The notes under the pieces are model-generated. The model ran no database searches, was not told the DNA's origin, and saw only the letters and a program-made list of their open reading frames with translations. Shown in pieces: positions 26,701 through 41,998 of a stretch of DNA of 64,000 nt. Position 1 is the first letter of the stretch; each line of letters begins with the position of its first letter. Origin of the DNA: Octopus vulgaris (taxonomy: Eukaryota); the NCBI GenBank assembly GCA_951406725.2, contig OX597819.1, positions 1,736,001-1,800,000 of the forward strand, written 5' to 3'. The position numbers and the translations under genes were made by a program.

Positions 26701-27141
26701 GCTATTACTGCAATGTTTTAGATTGATATCCAAACATTTTACGTGTTTTTATACTTTCGACACCAACATGATCATCACCAACCAAAATCACGTGCATTGC
26801 CAATAATTTCACCTCACCTAATAAACTATTGTCACAGTTTGTACCACCAACATCACCGTCACCATCGTATCATTGTTAATACCACTACCACCACTATATA
26901 TACTACCGACATCATACACCACCACAGACAGTGTAGCCAATAACTTCTAGGAGACCATATTCAGCTGCTTTACTTCTATTACGTCTACATGCAAAATGAG
27001 ACACATGCTTTCGTATATTTTTTCCTAAAAATTCTTATGAAATTAACAACATTTAAGTCAGTTATTAAAATTACTTAGTAGGTTTAATCTATATTAAGAC
27101 TTTCATATGAGTGAATGACCATAGATACGTAGAAACTTATA

Positions 27142-27182
<41 letters not shown>

Positions 27183-27943
27183 GAGTACAGAAATTCGGGG
27201 TGAGTACTTGATAATTGTAAGCACCTGTATATACCGTTTGGTGGTGTAGGTGGAGGAGTAAATTGATCAAAATAAAAACATGATGCCAAGGATTCAGCGG
27301 CACATATGTTTCGGGCCTTTATTAGACAGATTTATAACAATGCATAATGTATGTCTGTGGCCTTCTTCAGCCGCGCACAACAACTTCCACAAGGACATGT
27401 GTTACATCAAAAATTCTTGGTTGGGGATGCAAATCCTCTCATTCGCGTACGACATAATGCGGCAGCAGCATAGAATTGAAGCGTCTATCTCGTTCTTCTC
27501 TCAATGTAGAATGAGGGAATTTAGATGTTGAAGTAATGTAAATAAATTAACAAATAAATACATATATAGACGTGAAGGGACCTGGTGATAAGAGTAAATA
27601 GGGGTAAAGATGGAGGGGCGAGAATTCAGGACGAAGGATAAAAAATATATAAAAAGTGTAAGTATAGAAAAATGTAAAAGTGTAGAGTATAAAGATATAA
27701 AGAGATATAAGGAGATATAAGGAGATATAAGGGGGTATAAAGAATATAAAAAAATATAAATGAATATAAATGTATCAAGTTATAAAGTAAAAATAGAAAT
27801 AGAAATAAAAATAAAAATAAAAATAAAAGCAAAAAATAAAAATAGGAATAAAAATAATAAAAAAATATATAAGGATAAGGGATGTATAGTGGTTACGGAC
27901 CAAACATGGTGGTCAGGAAAGTGACAAAATCCAGTTGTAGAAT

Positions 27944-27994
<51 letters not shown>

Positions 27995-29585
27995 CATACG
28001 TATATGTATATGTATATATATATATAAATATATATATATATATGTGTATATACATATATATGTATATATATATATATATATATGAATAGCATACTGGCAT
28101 TTGCAAATATGCCGTAGTTGAATAACAAGTCAAACTTAACTACACTAAAAACGTAGCAATTTATTTTAACATATTATTGTAATTCTTTAATGCGACAAAC
28201 TAGTTTATACAGCCAATTGTTTAAAATCATCTTATATTATGAACTGAATTTAGGCACGATTTCTAAAATCGTAAAATTTATTCTTCTTTTTTTCCTTGCT
28301 GAATGTCATGTTAGCTCCTACATTATATTAAGAAATACACTTTAGACGTAATGAAACAGTTGACAGAAAATTCGAAACTATTATTTCTTACACATTTAAA
28401 AGATGAATGTTGACATATGTATTTCTTTATACACACATACACGCACACATATATAGACCCATACACACACAAACACTCATATATATATAAACTAAGGAAT
28501 TTGGTCATGACCCAGCTTTTATGTAGTAAGTTACACTATAGTTAGGTTCAAGAGTGAATTAGACAAGATAATCTTCATTTGTCTGACTGTAATTGATTTT
28601 GGGTCCATTTGTTGAATGTGAGCTCTAATGGGCTCGTTTTATGAGAATCATTATTGAATGGTGCAGAGTCGGCGTATATTACTTTATAAGAAATATTGTG
28701 GAGATCCTTGTGCTTTTACCACGGAAAATGTTTGTCTTACTTTAAAGATAGGTATTTTCTTAGGTATTTTCTATATCTATTTACATTTGGCTCTATTTTT
28801 GATTTTTATGATTATTTTTGTTAGCTAAGACTTTTCTTGCATTAGTCATTGAACTGTTTCCTACTGAACATAGATACTATAGGCTCTTCAACAGGAATAT
28901 AGTTAGCTACAACTACACAGAGAATGTAAATCACACACACACCATAATATGAATAACCAAATAGCTGATAACTCACAAACAAAAACAAATCAAAGCTATA
29001 CACAATGTACAATGATTAAAATGCAGAGAAGTATGTATATATCTCAGCAGCGACCTGAACATTTAAAATCAGTTACACGCAACATATGCAGTCTTTTCAG
29101 AATGTGTATAGGGCAAATTGAACATCTTGTCACGACATATTTGAAAACTAAGGAAGATTTATAAATACATAGATACAAATGGTAACATACATAGTTGCAC
29201 TACACAAAATACAACGTCGTATCCTGTATAAAACAAAATAAATTTATGTTTGAAAGTTTGGTCCCATTTGCAAATAGGGTTGTTATCGAAGAATGACGTG
29301 GCATTTTGAGCATGTTAGGATTGTACCATTATCTATGATTACGATCAATCAATGATCAAAATGGATTAACTAATAAAAGAAACGTAAGAATACAAAGAAA
29401 TGCAATAGTTTGAATATCTATTTTAGTTACCTAAAAGATTTCAGGGTGGGGAATAACGACCAAAACATCAGTTTAAATAAATATAAGGAAAGGTATTTAC
29501 ACGATGTATTAAGGTACTATCCTCCTCTTTCATGCTTTTTCATTCCTGTGCATGTATGTCTCTGTGTATGTATGTACGTATTTTG

Positions 29586-29638
<53 letters not shown>

Positions 29639-29882
29639 GTGTGTGTACGTGAGTGTGTATATGTATGTGTGTTTGTGTTTGTGTGTGTGTCTAATTTCTT
29701 TATTAATGTATATATGCAATACTCAATCGATTTTGAGTTGGTAGCCCATACCTTTCAATAGTGATTTTTAGGTGCACATGTAGCTGCGAACGGACAAAGT
29801 AATGCTCTCGACTCTCCCACAGTCGCCTTAAGTGCAGGTCTTTAAATGACCGATTGAGAAATAGAGTTGCATATATTACGTT

Positions 29883-30025
29883 ACTGGTACTATATTTCAT
29901 TTCATCAAGATTTGAAAGGCGAAGTTGAACTCGGCAGGATTTCACAAAAAGAGCTTAGAGAGCCAGAACAAATACCTAAAAGGTATTTTGTTCGAATTTG
30001 TAACGATTCTGCCGATTCACCGACA
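29883..30025 (-). mobile_element. Degenerate tRNA-SINE (family of 49885 and 57505)
   Basis: Shares actggtact...gaaaggc.aagt..acctcggc.g.attt and the downstream segment with those copies. Confidence 0.55.
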
Positions 30026-30050
30026 TTAACCCTTACATACATACGTAAAT

Positions 30051-30152
<102 letters not shown>

Positions 30153-30252
30153 GTATGTATATATGTATGTATATATGTATGTATGTATTACGGAGATGTA
30201 TATACATAGTACGTGACTAGATCTGAGATCGTGTACTGAAACAAAAACAATA

Positions 30253-30502
30253 GCAGCATGGAAGATATGTGTAAGCCATTTAAGGACACAGAAAAACGTT
30301 AGTTTCACTTCAACATTTAAAATTGATTTGTGTCAAAATATTTTCGTCGCTTTGAAACTGCGACCTGTTCACTGACGCAGCACGAAGTTTGTCAGTTTCA
30401 AAGCGACGAAAATATTTTGACACAAATTCGATTTAAATGTTGAAGTGAAACTAACGGTTTTTGTGTGTTCTTAAGTGACTTACAAACGTCCTCCACGCTG
30501 CA
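30253..30502. repeat. Long imperfect inverted repeat of a hammerhead-bearing (Penelope-type) unit
   Basis: ~30253-30360 is the reverse complement of ~30393-30502. A single copy of the same unit occurs at 42880-43020. Confidence 0.88.
30330..30378 (-). ncRNA. Minimal hammerhead ribozyme, G3:C8 core variant
   Basis: Minus strand: GCGUCA-GUGAACA-G-GUCGC(aguuucaaa)GCGAC-GAAA-AUAUU-U-UGACAC. Confidence 0.6.
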
Positions 30503-30561
<59 letters not shown>

Positions 30562-30570
30562 CTTATGCAT

Positions 30571-30604
<34 letters not shown>

Positions 30605-30835
30605 TGCTAAACTTCGCTAAGATAAATATTTCAATTACCTGAAGATTGACTGTAACCATAACTCGAATTATTACGAATTGTACAGCCATGAAAAGATCGT
30701 AGTGTTTTACTCTTTATCTTTTATTAAACTTTTAATACTTTTGATATATATTTAAAATAATATAGATTAATTAATTTTATGTATTGGCTTATGTTTTTCA
30801 TTGTTTGATTTGCCTAATAGTGGTTTTATCTCTAA

Positions 30836-30893
<58 letters not shown>

Positions 30894-31703
30894 AATATTT
30901 AGAAGATATATGATGCATTTATGCAGTTAAGCAAATATTTGTATATCATAACAACAGAAATACTTTAATTTTATATTAAGAATCCCGCCATAAAACATAT
31001 TTATTTAGCATATGAACTATTATATTGAATATTCATTAGAACCGTAAACGATAACGTGTAAAACTTTGTGTCAGTATAAGTATAAATCATAATTAGAAAC
31101 TTTAATTCGATATTCCTAAATAATATATACCTCTGCATTTCATGAAAATATTTCCATGTTAAGAAAATAACTGAAAATCTAAATTCATTGTTATTCAAAC
31201 ACATCAATCAATTAATTAATTGCACAGACATAAATATAAATTCATCTTTATTCCATATTTAGCAATAATTTTACACTCTAACTGATTATTGAATCATTTG
31301 TTAAGTTTCCATTGACCATATGTTATGAGAGGTGTGACTGGTAAGTCTTGTACCAAGCAAATTCAAAAAAAAAAATCATTGAGTCGGACAATTATACAGA
31401 TAAGAGGTCTAGGCTATTGTATTTTGGTGGAAGTGTGAATGACATGGATAGAAACGCCACCGTCATTTTGTGAAAAGAATATGGAAGTAATGCTATTTCG
31501 CAGGTGAGTTTATTTCCTTTAGTGTTTTTAACTAAATAAGACAATAAGAAATAATCTGAAACATGTTCACATGCACCTGATAAGCCAATTTTATATAACA
31601 ATAAATAGAATTACTAAAATGTAACTTTGTCTCCGCTTTTTCTCTTTCTCTCACTTTTTCTTTCTATACATATGCGTGTATATGTGTGTTTGCGTGTATG
31701 CAC

Positions 31704-31751
<48 letters not shown>

Positions 31752-31802
31752 CTATACACACACACACACACATACATATATACATATATATATATGTGTG
31801 TG

Positions 31803-31833
<31 letters not shown>

Positions 31834-34800
31834 TTGTATGTATATATGTATATACATATATATAAATATGTATGCTTATATATATATATGTATATATATA
31901 CATATATATAAATATAAATAGTGCATGTATATTTACACACCAGACACCAAACTCACACATACGCACGCACACATACACACACACATACACACAAACAAAC
32001 AAACGTACACACAAACATATACATATTCACTTTTTTTATTATACATGTATGCTGCAAACTTTCTCTTGAAATGAATGTGAGGTTAATACATTTATCATCA
32101 TTTGTATTTCTGTTGTTGAAACCTTTTATGCATTTCCTCCAAAACATGGTTATTTTTTGTTCAGCTGTTGTTACAATATATTTGTAATTGCTTGTTTATG
32201 TTTATGTAGTACACTTTAAAAAAAATGGCATTTATTTATGCTAGACGATTTTGAATGCTAATGGGACACGGGAGTACTGCCTTTTCTAGCAAATTCTTTT
32301 TACAGAGAATGATTAGGATTTCACTGACCAGATAAATGTCTTGAATGAGCAAGGGAGAAAAGAGATAAGAGAGAAGGAAAAGTAAGGAAAGAAGTAGCCA
32401 AATGAAACGTAATTTAGTAGAAAGCTAACAGCCAGATTGATGATGTGAAGAGCTGTGAGAAATGGAACATTAATGAGTTATATAGAGATTGTAACATATT
32501 AAGATATGCGGTATGTGTATGACCACAATCACATAAATACACACACATGTACATACATAGATAAAGGAATTAAATGAATATCTATGAACTTCATTAGCTT
32601 AGAACTGTTATTACTATAAGCTGCAGTGGACTCATAGTTGAGTGCCTGAGTAACAGCTTATAGCTTCATTGGATCCTCGGATATGTTCATAAGATAATCG
32701 TTTAATTCTTTCTCATTTTCTTATTACCGTTCTGCCCTCGACCAACACATCGTTCTGAAGCATAGGTGTACTGAGGTCTACACCTGGTTATTAGTTTCAC
32801 AAAGCCTAAGCAAAATATTAAGATACATAAATAGGTAAATATAGAATTACGCTTACACAAACATCAGGTAGACAAACGGGTAAGGAAGAATAAGGATGAC
32901 GCTATGCAAGGTATGAGAAGAGGTTTACATGTTCTCAAGTACGCTCGAGAAAATAGAAATATGTAAAATAAAAAGAATTCATGAAATTTAAGAAAATTAG
33001 TCCGGATAACAAAAGCCATTTCCTATGCTTGTTGGAGATGCCATGCCAAATATAAAGTGACTTCTCCTTATAACAGCGGATGTGATTTGAACTGTAATGT
33101 GCAACAAACCCTAACAAAGACAGAAATCAAAACGGTCGTAACAAATTAAATTGACGACCACGGGTTTGCAAATATCTTTAGTATTACTGCAGACATTAAG
33201 GGGAATAGCACGAAAATTATTTATTGAACTGCATCAAGTTTCGCACGTATTTAATACATTGCAAGTTTTTTTTACCCAATGCAGCAGATGAGATTGACAG
33301 AGATCAGGTTGACATTGTGATGAAATTTCGTGAAGTTAGTACCGTGGTGTTAGATTTGAAGTTATAGGTGTTGTAACTTCAACGAAAGTATTTGAAAGTA
33401 TCTGATTGTAAAGCGAGTTCTGACCGAGAGATTGCGTTTATCTATATTTCTTCCCAAAGAGAGAAGGGGGCGATCACAGGTTCAGAGAAAAAAGCAAAGG
33501 CTTCGGAGAATGAGTTTTTAAACGAAGCGTGATCAAGTGGATGGTAACGAAAAAAGGAATTCGGTTTTAAGGTGTGCATCTGTTTAGTAGAATACTGTGC
33601 AGGTTTGATGTGGGAGGGAAGGCACGTTTGAAAACAGAAACAATTGACATATGAGTGGACTTGTAATACAAGGAACTGTTTGTAATGGTATGTAGAAAAC
33701 TAGCACTTATGTCGGATATAATGGAAACAAATGCAAAGTGAAAAGTATTGGTGATCGAGATGAAGGGGTTCGATTCATCGTTAGTGAATGGAAAATTGCG
33801 ATGTAGCTATTAATATGGTTTTCTTTTAACGCTAATAGTAGCCCAGTTAAATAGGAACATATTTAAATCTCCTCGTAGTCAACAAAGATGTATACGTAAT
33901 TTAGCCATGTTTTAGGTGGTCCAGTAACCTAGTGGCGAAACTTACCTGAGTGGAGAAGCATTTTAAAGTGATTTCGTGGTTAGTGAAACAGGGGATAATA
34001 TTCGATGTGTTCGAATATGAAGTATCTTTCGAGGATTTGTTTTACTGATGAACCGTCATTATTATTGGTGCGAAACTAGTATGTTGATTGGTCGAATGTG
34101 CTGAAGAGAATTACCTTGTCTTACGCAGAAATGGTGTGAAATGCGAAACTGAGTAAAAATTAGACCCATTCTTCATATTTCCTGATAAAAGATTTTTAGC
34201 CGAAATATTACGATAAAAAATAGAAGTGTAAACTTTTTTGTTTCTGTTTTGCTGCTTTTCGTTCTTGCATTTCCAACTTGCACAGCAGTCACATCCTAAA
34301 TCACGTTTAACCCTACTGCACTATGATTTAAGCAAACTATAACATTATAATGCATTATGTATATATCTGTGTGTGAATATATGTGTATGCTTGTTTTATG
34401 AAGACATGGACAATGACCGAAGAAATTTATTCAAATACATATTATTACTAGAGTTCAGTGTAGCTGGCGACGTGCCATGAATATCCAGCTAGGCTGAATG
34501 AAAGCATATTGAGATAAACTTCGAACGAAAAATATATGGTTTAAGTAACATTCTTATAAATGCACTGGGGACATACGGTGATGTGTTATAAATATCTCTT
34601 TTGCACACAAGCAATTGAAGAAACTTTAGTAAAGGTAAATATATGATATTTTGCAGCACTTTGTGTTCCAATTGCATTTATAAGATCGCTTACTCGAACC
34701 ATATTTTTCTTCTCAAAATGTTATCGTTAAACCCAGCTGGAAGTTTACAACATCGATACTGGGCGCTATTAACTTTTATATGAATAAATGTCTTCGGTCA

Positions 34801-35840
34801 CCATCGATTTAACTGTTGCTTCCATAAAACACTTACACATACACTTACGCATTTATGTATACGGTCTTGTATGTATTTAATTAAATTCAATTGATATATT
34901 TAAATGCATACATACACTTTATAATTTAATGGGAAGAGTGGGGAAAGGAAAATGCCGGTAAACTAATATCAAGTGGGAGGAGGAATTGATTTTGTTGAAC
35001 ATCGAAGAGCACGTATGAAACTTCCGTCTAAATCTTCCCCAACGATTAAGCTAGAGCTACTAAATGTCTTAAACGAAATTTGTTCAAATGTTTGCATTTT
35101 TTGTAAAAGTTTCAAAACATTTATTTAAGGCGTTGGTTGATTTTATGACATTAATTAAGACGAGAAATCTTTCAGTCGTACTTTGGTTAAAACAGTTTAT
35201 GTTTATTATAGCTTATGATTTACCAATTTATTTTAAAAGTGTGACTGTCTCACAACCTCCGTATATCATATGAAACCTCTGTAGTAATTTTTCATCCACA
35301 TTTAGAAAGAATTAACGTAGTGGTCCATAAAAGTTTCCTTTCTTAGTAATTTAGTATTCAGTTATATTATCTTCTTTATTTTTGGGATTTGAAATCAAAA
35401 TTATTGATAACTCGCTGAAACACTGACAGTTGTCATTTCGAGTGCATAAATCCCATATGAGTATTTATGCTATTATAATTAGATTATTTAGATAAAATAT
35501 TCTGATTGCTCGGAGTGAAAGTGAAACTATCTCCAATAATATTTATGTTAAATAACAATGGACTATATCTTTGCGAAATATTTACCCTTAGAGTTGCTCG
35601 CACTTTTTGTAATTTTTTCACATTCTTGCACTTTTTTGTACTTTTTGCTATGTTAAATTGGATATTTGATGAATGGTATTTCATAATAATCTATTTCAAT
35701 AATATATGTCTATTAGTAATCTGATGATTATCTTCATCCTGGTACTTTGTATTAAAATTAAAGTCATGCACAAATAGTTGTGCAATACTATAAACTAAGT
35801 ATTGGTTAGTCGTGTTTTGTTCTTGACATAACTTGTAATG

Positions 35841-35908
<68 letters not shown>

Positions 35909-37063
35909 ATGTGTGTATGTGTGTAGGTGTGTATGTGCGTGTGAATCGGTGTATGTGAGTGTATGCATGTATGTATGTGTGTCTGTGCGTGTACGTGTGC
36001 ATGTATGTGTGCCTGTGTTTGTGTGTGTGTATGCGTGTGTATGTGTGTGTATTTGTTTGTGTATTGAACTGAATCTTCGTGTAACATTCTTATGGTTTAT
36101 AAAGTGTAATTGTGATAATGGAATGTTGTACCAGATAAGCAATAAAACTACCACCCCATCAAGAAAAATGAATAGTTGAGATTTGGATGAGTGAAGGTTG
36201 TCTTTTTATCATATGTCCATTGCTAAAGGATTGTAATGGACACAACGATCCCATAAGGAAAGCCATATTAGTGAATGTTCTTTTTGTACTGTGATCCTTG
36301 TGGACCGATTCTGTTATAATGCATGCGTGAAAGAGCGGTGGGGAGTGTGTGTGTGTGTGTGTGTGTGTGTGGTATACGAATGTTATCTGCCATATTTAGC
36401 CCTTTAGATAAAAGCAGTCTTTGTTTTTATTTTGTGCCGCTGACTCAAATATTGATATGTGTGACAATCAAACAGCTGATTGCCTGAGAACAGCTGACCA
36501 GCTGTTCTTCGACATTCGATTCCTTTCTCTTGTCTGTGCGACTGCTCAGATCTACTTCCTTTAATTCTAGCCGAATCAGAATTAACTCTGTTCCATCAGC
36601 CTTTTGCTGATGTCAGTCAGTGAACTTCACATGTAGTTACTGAACGTCATGGCTTAGTTTTTATGGCATCATTATTGAATTTGAAAGATAAAGTTATTGT
36701 TTATTGAAAATTTCCTGATTAAAATGAAGTTAGTCCCGTTACATGTACCTTCATTTTAATAATTAACGCGTATTCTTCATTATAATCTTGTACAGGCTAT
36801 AATGATTTTTGAAGGCCTTGAGCGAATGGTGGTGTTGGTGAGAGTGATAGCTTGAACAGATGTACGTAGATTCCTCTATATATGGAGCAATGACGTTTAT
36901 ACGCAGCTTTTAGAGTTGAAAATGTTAAAATGGATAGATTGCAAGAGATGTTTGATTCGAAAAATCTGATGTTTAGTAGAACTTCTGAATGGCAGATACT
37001 TTAGTTTGGAAACTTACTCGCTCTTAATAGAGGATGGAAACAAGCTACATTGAGGATATTCGT

Positions 37064-37106
<43 letters not shown>

Positions 37107-37263
37107 CACAAGTACACATACACATATAGAACATGAAATTAAAGCTCTGTCAATGTAGTGGGTACAGAGCAGGAAAAGCCAACTCGGTCGTAGCCCCCTG
37201 AATAATAATAATAATAATAATAACAACGCCAACGACGACAACAATAACAACAACAACAACAAC

Positions 37264-37317
<54 letters not shown>

Positions 37318-37373
37318 TATAATAATTATAATAATAATATATTATGTGAGAGAACAGTGCTATTATTCTTCTT

Positions 37374-37404
<31 letters not shown>

Positions 37405-37414
37405 TTATTATTAT

Positions 37415-38088
37415 TGCCTTTGCACTGCTTCTAATGCTGGAGATGTACTACGGTATCAGCTGTTCACTACCAGTGGACTAAGGTAGCACCTCTTATTTTT
37501 CGAGCACCTTACGGTGTGTTCGAGCTGTTCCAAGCAGTGCTGTTTTCTGCAAGTGCTCTACCCTTATTGCAACCCCTATTTGTTACATGTACTTCTAGAG
37601 ATTTTTACTCACTGTTCTCAGACCTCCGACCACCTTTTTCATCGACCACAACTGCTTTACCTCCCAAGATAACCTGACATACTTGTCGACTTTTCTTTCT
37701 TCCTTATCCGTGTTGTCAGTTGGGCATGCTATATCTATGATCCAGCATAGTTTAGTTTCTTTCTCAATTACGACTATGTCTGGCTTCCTATTCTCTATCG
37801 CATCGTCGCACTGAATCATAAAATCCGACAGGATCTTTGCACTATCATTTTCAATGATGGCTTCGGGTTTGTGGTCGTGCCAATTTTTTGCTCTGTCAAG
37901 TCCATACTTCTTGCAAAGTGTCTAATGGACAAGCGTTGCTATGTTGTCGTTGCGTCTCTTATATTCCTTCTAGACTAGTGGTGTACATTGACTGGTAATA
38001 TGCCATACGTCCACAGATTCTGCACTTATCACTTTCTGATATGTTGTCTACTCTGTATTTTATGTAGTTTGTTCTTAGTGTTTGCTCT
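37415..38088 (-). mobile_element. R4/Dong-type non-LTR retrotransposon 3' fragment lying between (TAA)n-type microsatellites
   Basis: CRICG knuckle remnant, ENDSAKIL.DF, IQCDDAIENRKPDIVVIE...IIDIACP and LQKTALLGTAR. (TAA)n/(GAA)n after the 3' end and (TAA)n/(TGA)n before the 5' end on the element strand. Confidence 0.88.
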
Positions 38089-38174
<86 letters not shown>

Positions 38175-38199
38175 ATGTGGCTGAATTGCTAATTAGTCA

Positions 38200-38895
38200 G
38201 AGAGCATATGCAGAATCTGTGGACAAGGAGACGAAAAGATTACTTACCTTTTAAGCAAGCCTTACATTCTCATAACCAAGATGGATTAGTTGTTACACTC
38301 TTCAATATTTTTGACTTCGTGAAGAAAAACTACCCGAGTAAATCGCAAACGTTCACTCACTAACAATAGTATACTGTAAACACACTGATACTCTCTTTCT
38401 TCCGTGACTGCTTTCAATACTACAATTATTTTGCAAAAGCTTTGCTAATATAATGATTTTATTCATTGGGAAGTTTGTGGATTCAAAGTGACAGGAAAAT
38501 GTGACCAAAAACCAGAATTTGTGAAGATGAATTACAATTACAGGATTCTAGAAGATTTTTCCGTAAAGACCAACCATACTATTGAAGCAAAAGAGAAAAA
38601 AATAGACATTATTAGAACACAGAGTTTCAAATACTATATGATGCTGGAATGGATATGATTAAAACTTCAGAAAACTGAAAAACACAAGAACCTGGCAAGA
38701 AAGATGAAGACCTTTTGAAACACAAAGATGACGATTGTTCCTGTGGTAATTGGCACACATCACACGACACTCAATTTACTATCTAAGACGCTGCAGAGGC
38801 TGCTATTGGAATTGAGAGAAGCATGAACGATCTGCAGAAAATACCATCCTGTATTCAGTAAGAATCCTAACGAAGATTCTTGAGATTTGAAGAGA
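38200..38895 (+). mobile_element. Second, more degraded R4/Dong-type 3' fragment in the opposite orientation
   Basis: CRICGQGDEKITYLLS (~38206), IHWEVCG...KPEFV...YRILEDFSVKTNHTIEA (~38461), IVPVVIGT (~38735), ILYSVRILTKILEI* (~38850). Confidence 0.75.
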
Positions 38896-39871
38896 AATGT
38901 CACCATATCTCAAAATGAAGTTCTTCCTAAATAAATTAGCATGTAAGAGCTCTTGAATAAAAATTGTAGTAGCAAAAGTAGAGTCGGTTGGCCTTTTCTT
39001 CATGTAGTCTAAATTATTCATATATAGATAACAATATTTCAATTGTGGGCATAAGTGTACAAAACGACTATTCAGAATTTAAGTAATATATTACCTTATA
39101 TAGAAACATTTCCTTTTGAAAAGCACTCACACACAACAATACATATGCATTTATAGATATATGTGGGTGCATGTGTGTGTTGAGTGTGCTGTTTCTATGA
39201 CAGATATTATTTGTAAATATCGTGAAGTTTTATTTGTCGGTTGTTGAAATATAGAGAAGATATAGAGAGGTAAGTGATGCTTCTCTCTTAATATATTTTA
39301 AATATTTTTGCAATAAAGTAAAATATTTTCCTTCACAAGTTGTATCTGAACATAAACGGGGCAGTACAATGATAGTTTAAACAGCAATAACTAAAATTGT
39401 GTAGAATGAGAATATCATCCCGTATGAAAGACATTCAATGAATGCAAATTTAATTGATATAAAGTGTAAAGAGTGACAATATTTTCACAATTCTTTGTTT
39501 GTATATGTATTAATATATGTATTACACACACAAAATACACGCACTTGCGTTATATATAATGTACAAACACACGCACAGGCATGCGCGCGTGCACACACAC
39601 ATATGTTTGTGTGTGTGTATGTATTATGTAGCTATGTAAATGGGGTAAATCGAAGGTGTGTCCTCTTGAAACACATAGTTTTTTCCAATCAAGAGAAGAT
39701 ATCGCCTATTAGAAATTCTGACAGGCAGAGTAGCAAATAATACACTGAAGAATTTTTTATAGGAGATGTCTTACATGTTTTCTGTTACGTATACAATGTT
39801 GTAACTTCTTTTAGAGAATGAAACACGCTTAACGGCGAATAAATATTTCTAAAAGATTTTCCATTCTCCTC

Positions 39872-40463
<592 letters not shown>

Positions 40464-40817
40464 ATGCGTGTGTTTGTATATATAAATATATATATAGCAT
40501 AGTATGTTGATCGGGATATCTCATAAATCAATTCTTGTCAAAATATTGAATGCGTAGGTGTTAAGAGTTTAGATTCCTTTGCCTTATTTCGAGGAAATAA
40601 GGTAGATGCGCTACTCTTTGGGAGATTGTCCATGATGATCGCAGAGGACAGGTAGTGTTAAGTAACCAGCGACCGGTAGGATTTAGAACTGAGCAACAAC
40701 ATTTTCTTTGTTAAGTACAATCGGTTTGGTGCTGTCAAGTTTCGTATCAATGTGCGTGACAAGTATAGGTCTTTGATGTAATTCTTTAGGTACTCAGGCT
40801 TATAACTTCCCCCCCCC

Positions 40818-40863
<46 letters not shown>

Positions 40864-40885
40864 CACACACATACATATATGTATG

Positions 40886-40924
<39 letters not shown>

Positions 40925-40928
<4 letters not shown>

Positions 40929-41094
40929 GAGCAGGAGTGGCTGTGTGGTAAGTAGCTTGCTTACCAGCCACATGGTTCCGGGTTCCCAGTGCGTGGGACC
41001 TTGGGCAAGTATCCTGTACTATAGCCTTGTGATTGGATTTCGTAGACGGAATCTAAAAGAAACCTGTCGTATATATATATATATATATATATAT

Positions 41095-41157
<63 letters not shown>

Positions 41158-41345
41158 TTATGTGTATGTGTTTGTCCCCCCTACATCACTTGACAACTGA
41201 TGGTGGTGTGTTTACATCTCCGTAACGATTCGGTAAAAGATTACCGATAGAATAAGTACGAGGCTTACAAAGAATAAGTCCTTGCGTCTATTTGCTCGTC
41301 TAAAGGCGGTGCTCCAGCATGGCCGCAGTCAAATGACTGAAAAAA
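40925..41345 (+). mobile_element. tRNA-derived SINE with internal (AT)n(GT)n microsatellite
   Basis: Head gtggctgtgtggtaag...ggttccgggttc, internal microsatellite at ~41070-41170, 3' part ending ...ggcggtgctccagcatggccgcagtc...gactgaaa, then an A-rich tail. Confidence 0.8.
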
Positions 41346-41923
41346 TTAAAAGAACAAAAGAAAATAAATATATATGCATGTATATAACAAAACTATTTTT
41401 ATACTTGCCCCATTATTAAAGATTTTATTTTCATTGATATTTTGCTCACACGATGTTTTGCTCGCCATCATATATTTGAAGCACAGTAATACTAGAAGCG
41501 TGAAGAAAAATAGCAAGAATCAAAATAATCTAGTGATAAACGACAGCTACTCCAAGACTCCTCCATAAAATTCCAACTAGGGGTGATTACTCCCAAACTT
41601 TGCCATTCATGTTTTTGTATTGTTCTTCGATTCATATTTTTGCGCTGCTGTTGTTCTTTTTTTGTTTGTTTCAGTTCGTGTAGTTAAGGGAAGGCTTATT
41701 TGAATCAGATTGTTTAGTCGTTAGTTGTTGAAAACAAGACAGGATGATTACGAGCGACAGTGGATGCGATTTCTAGTATCTAGAGATACCATCGTGAAGC
41801 AAGACTAATTGAAAGGATAGGCACTTACACGAAATTACTTTTGATTTGCTGAAAATTTATCGAAATTTCGGCTACTTTCATCGCTTTCTTAGAGTTCGTC
41901 ATTGTGTATGGTCTATCATATAT

Positions 41924-41997
<74 letters not shown>

Positions 41998-41998
<1 letters not shown>

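Noticed and set aside
30403-30413. gcgacgaaaat is complementary to attttcgtcgc in both M2 exons (possible docking site)
   Set aside because: Only 11 nt, which is expected by chance in a window this size. It is part of a TE hammerhead and already paired within its own inverted repeat.
33240-34150. Possible additional exons in complex-looking intronic blocks (also ~22140-22720, ~24840-26000 and ~49300-49650)
   Set aside because: No open frame with receptor similarity or matching splice phases. They look like heavily decayed TE remnants that I cannot classify.
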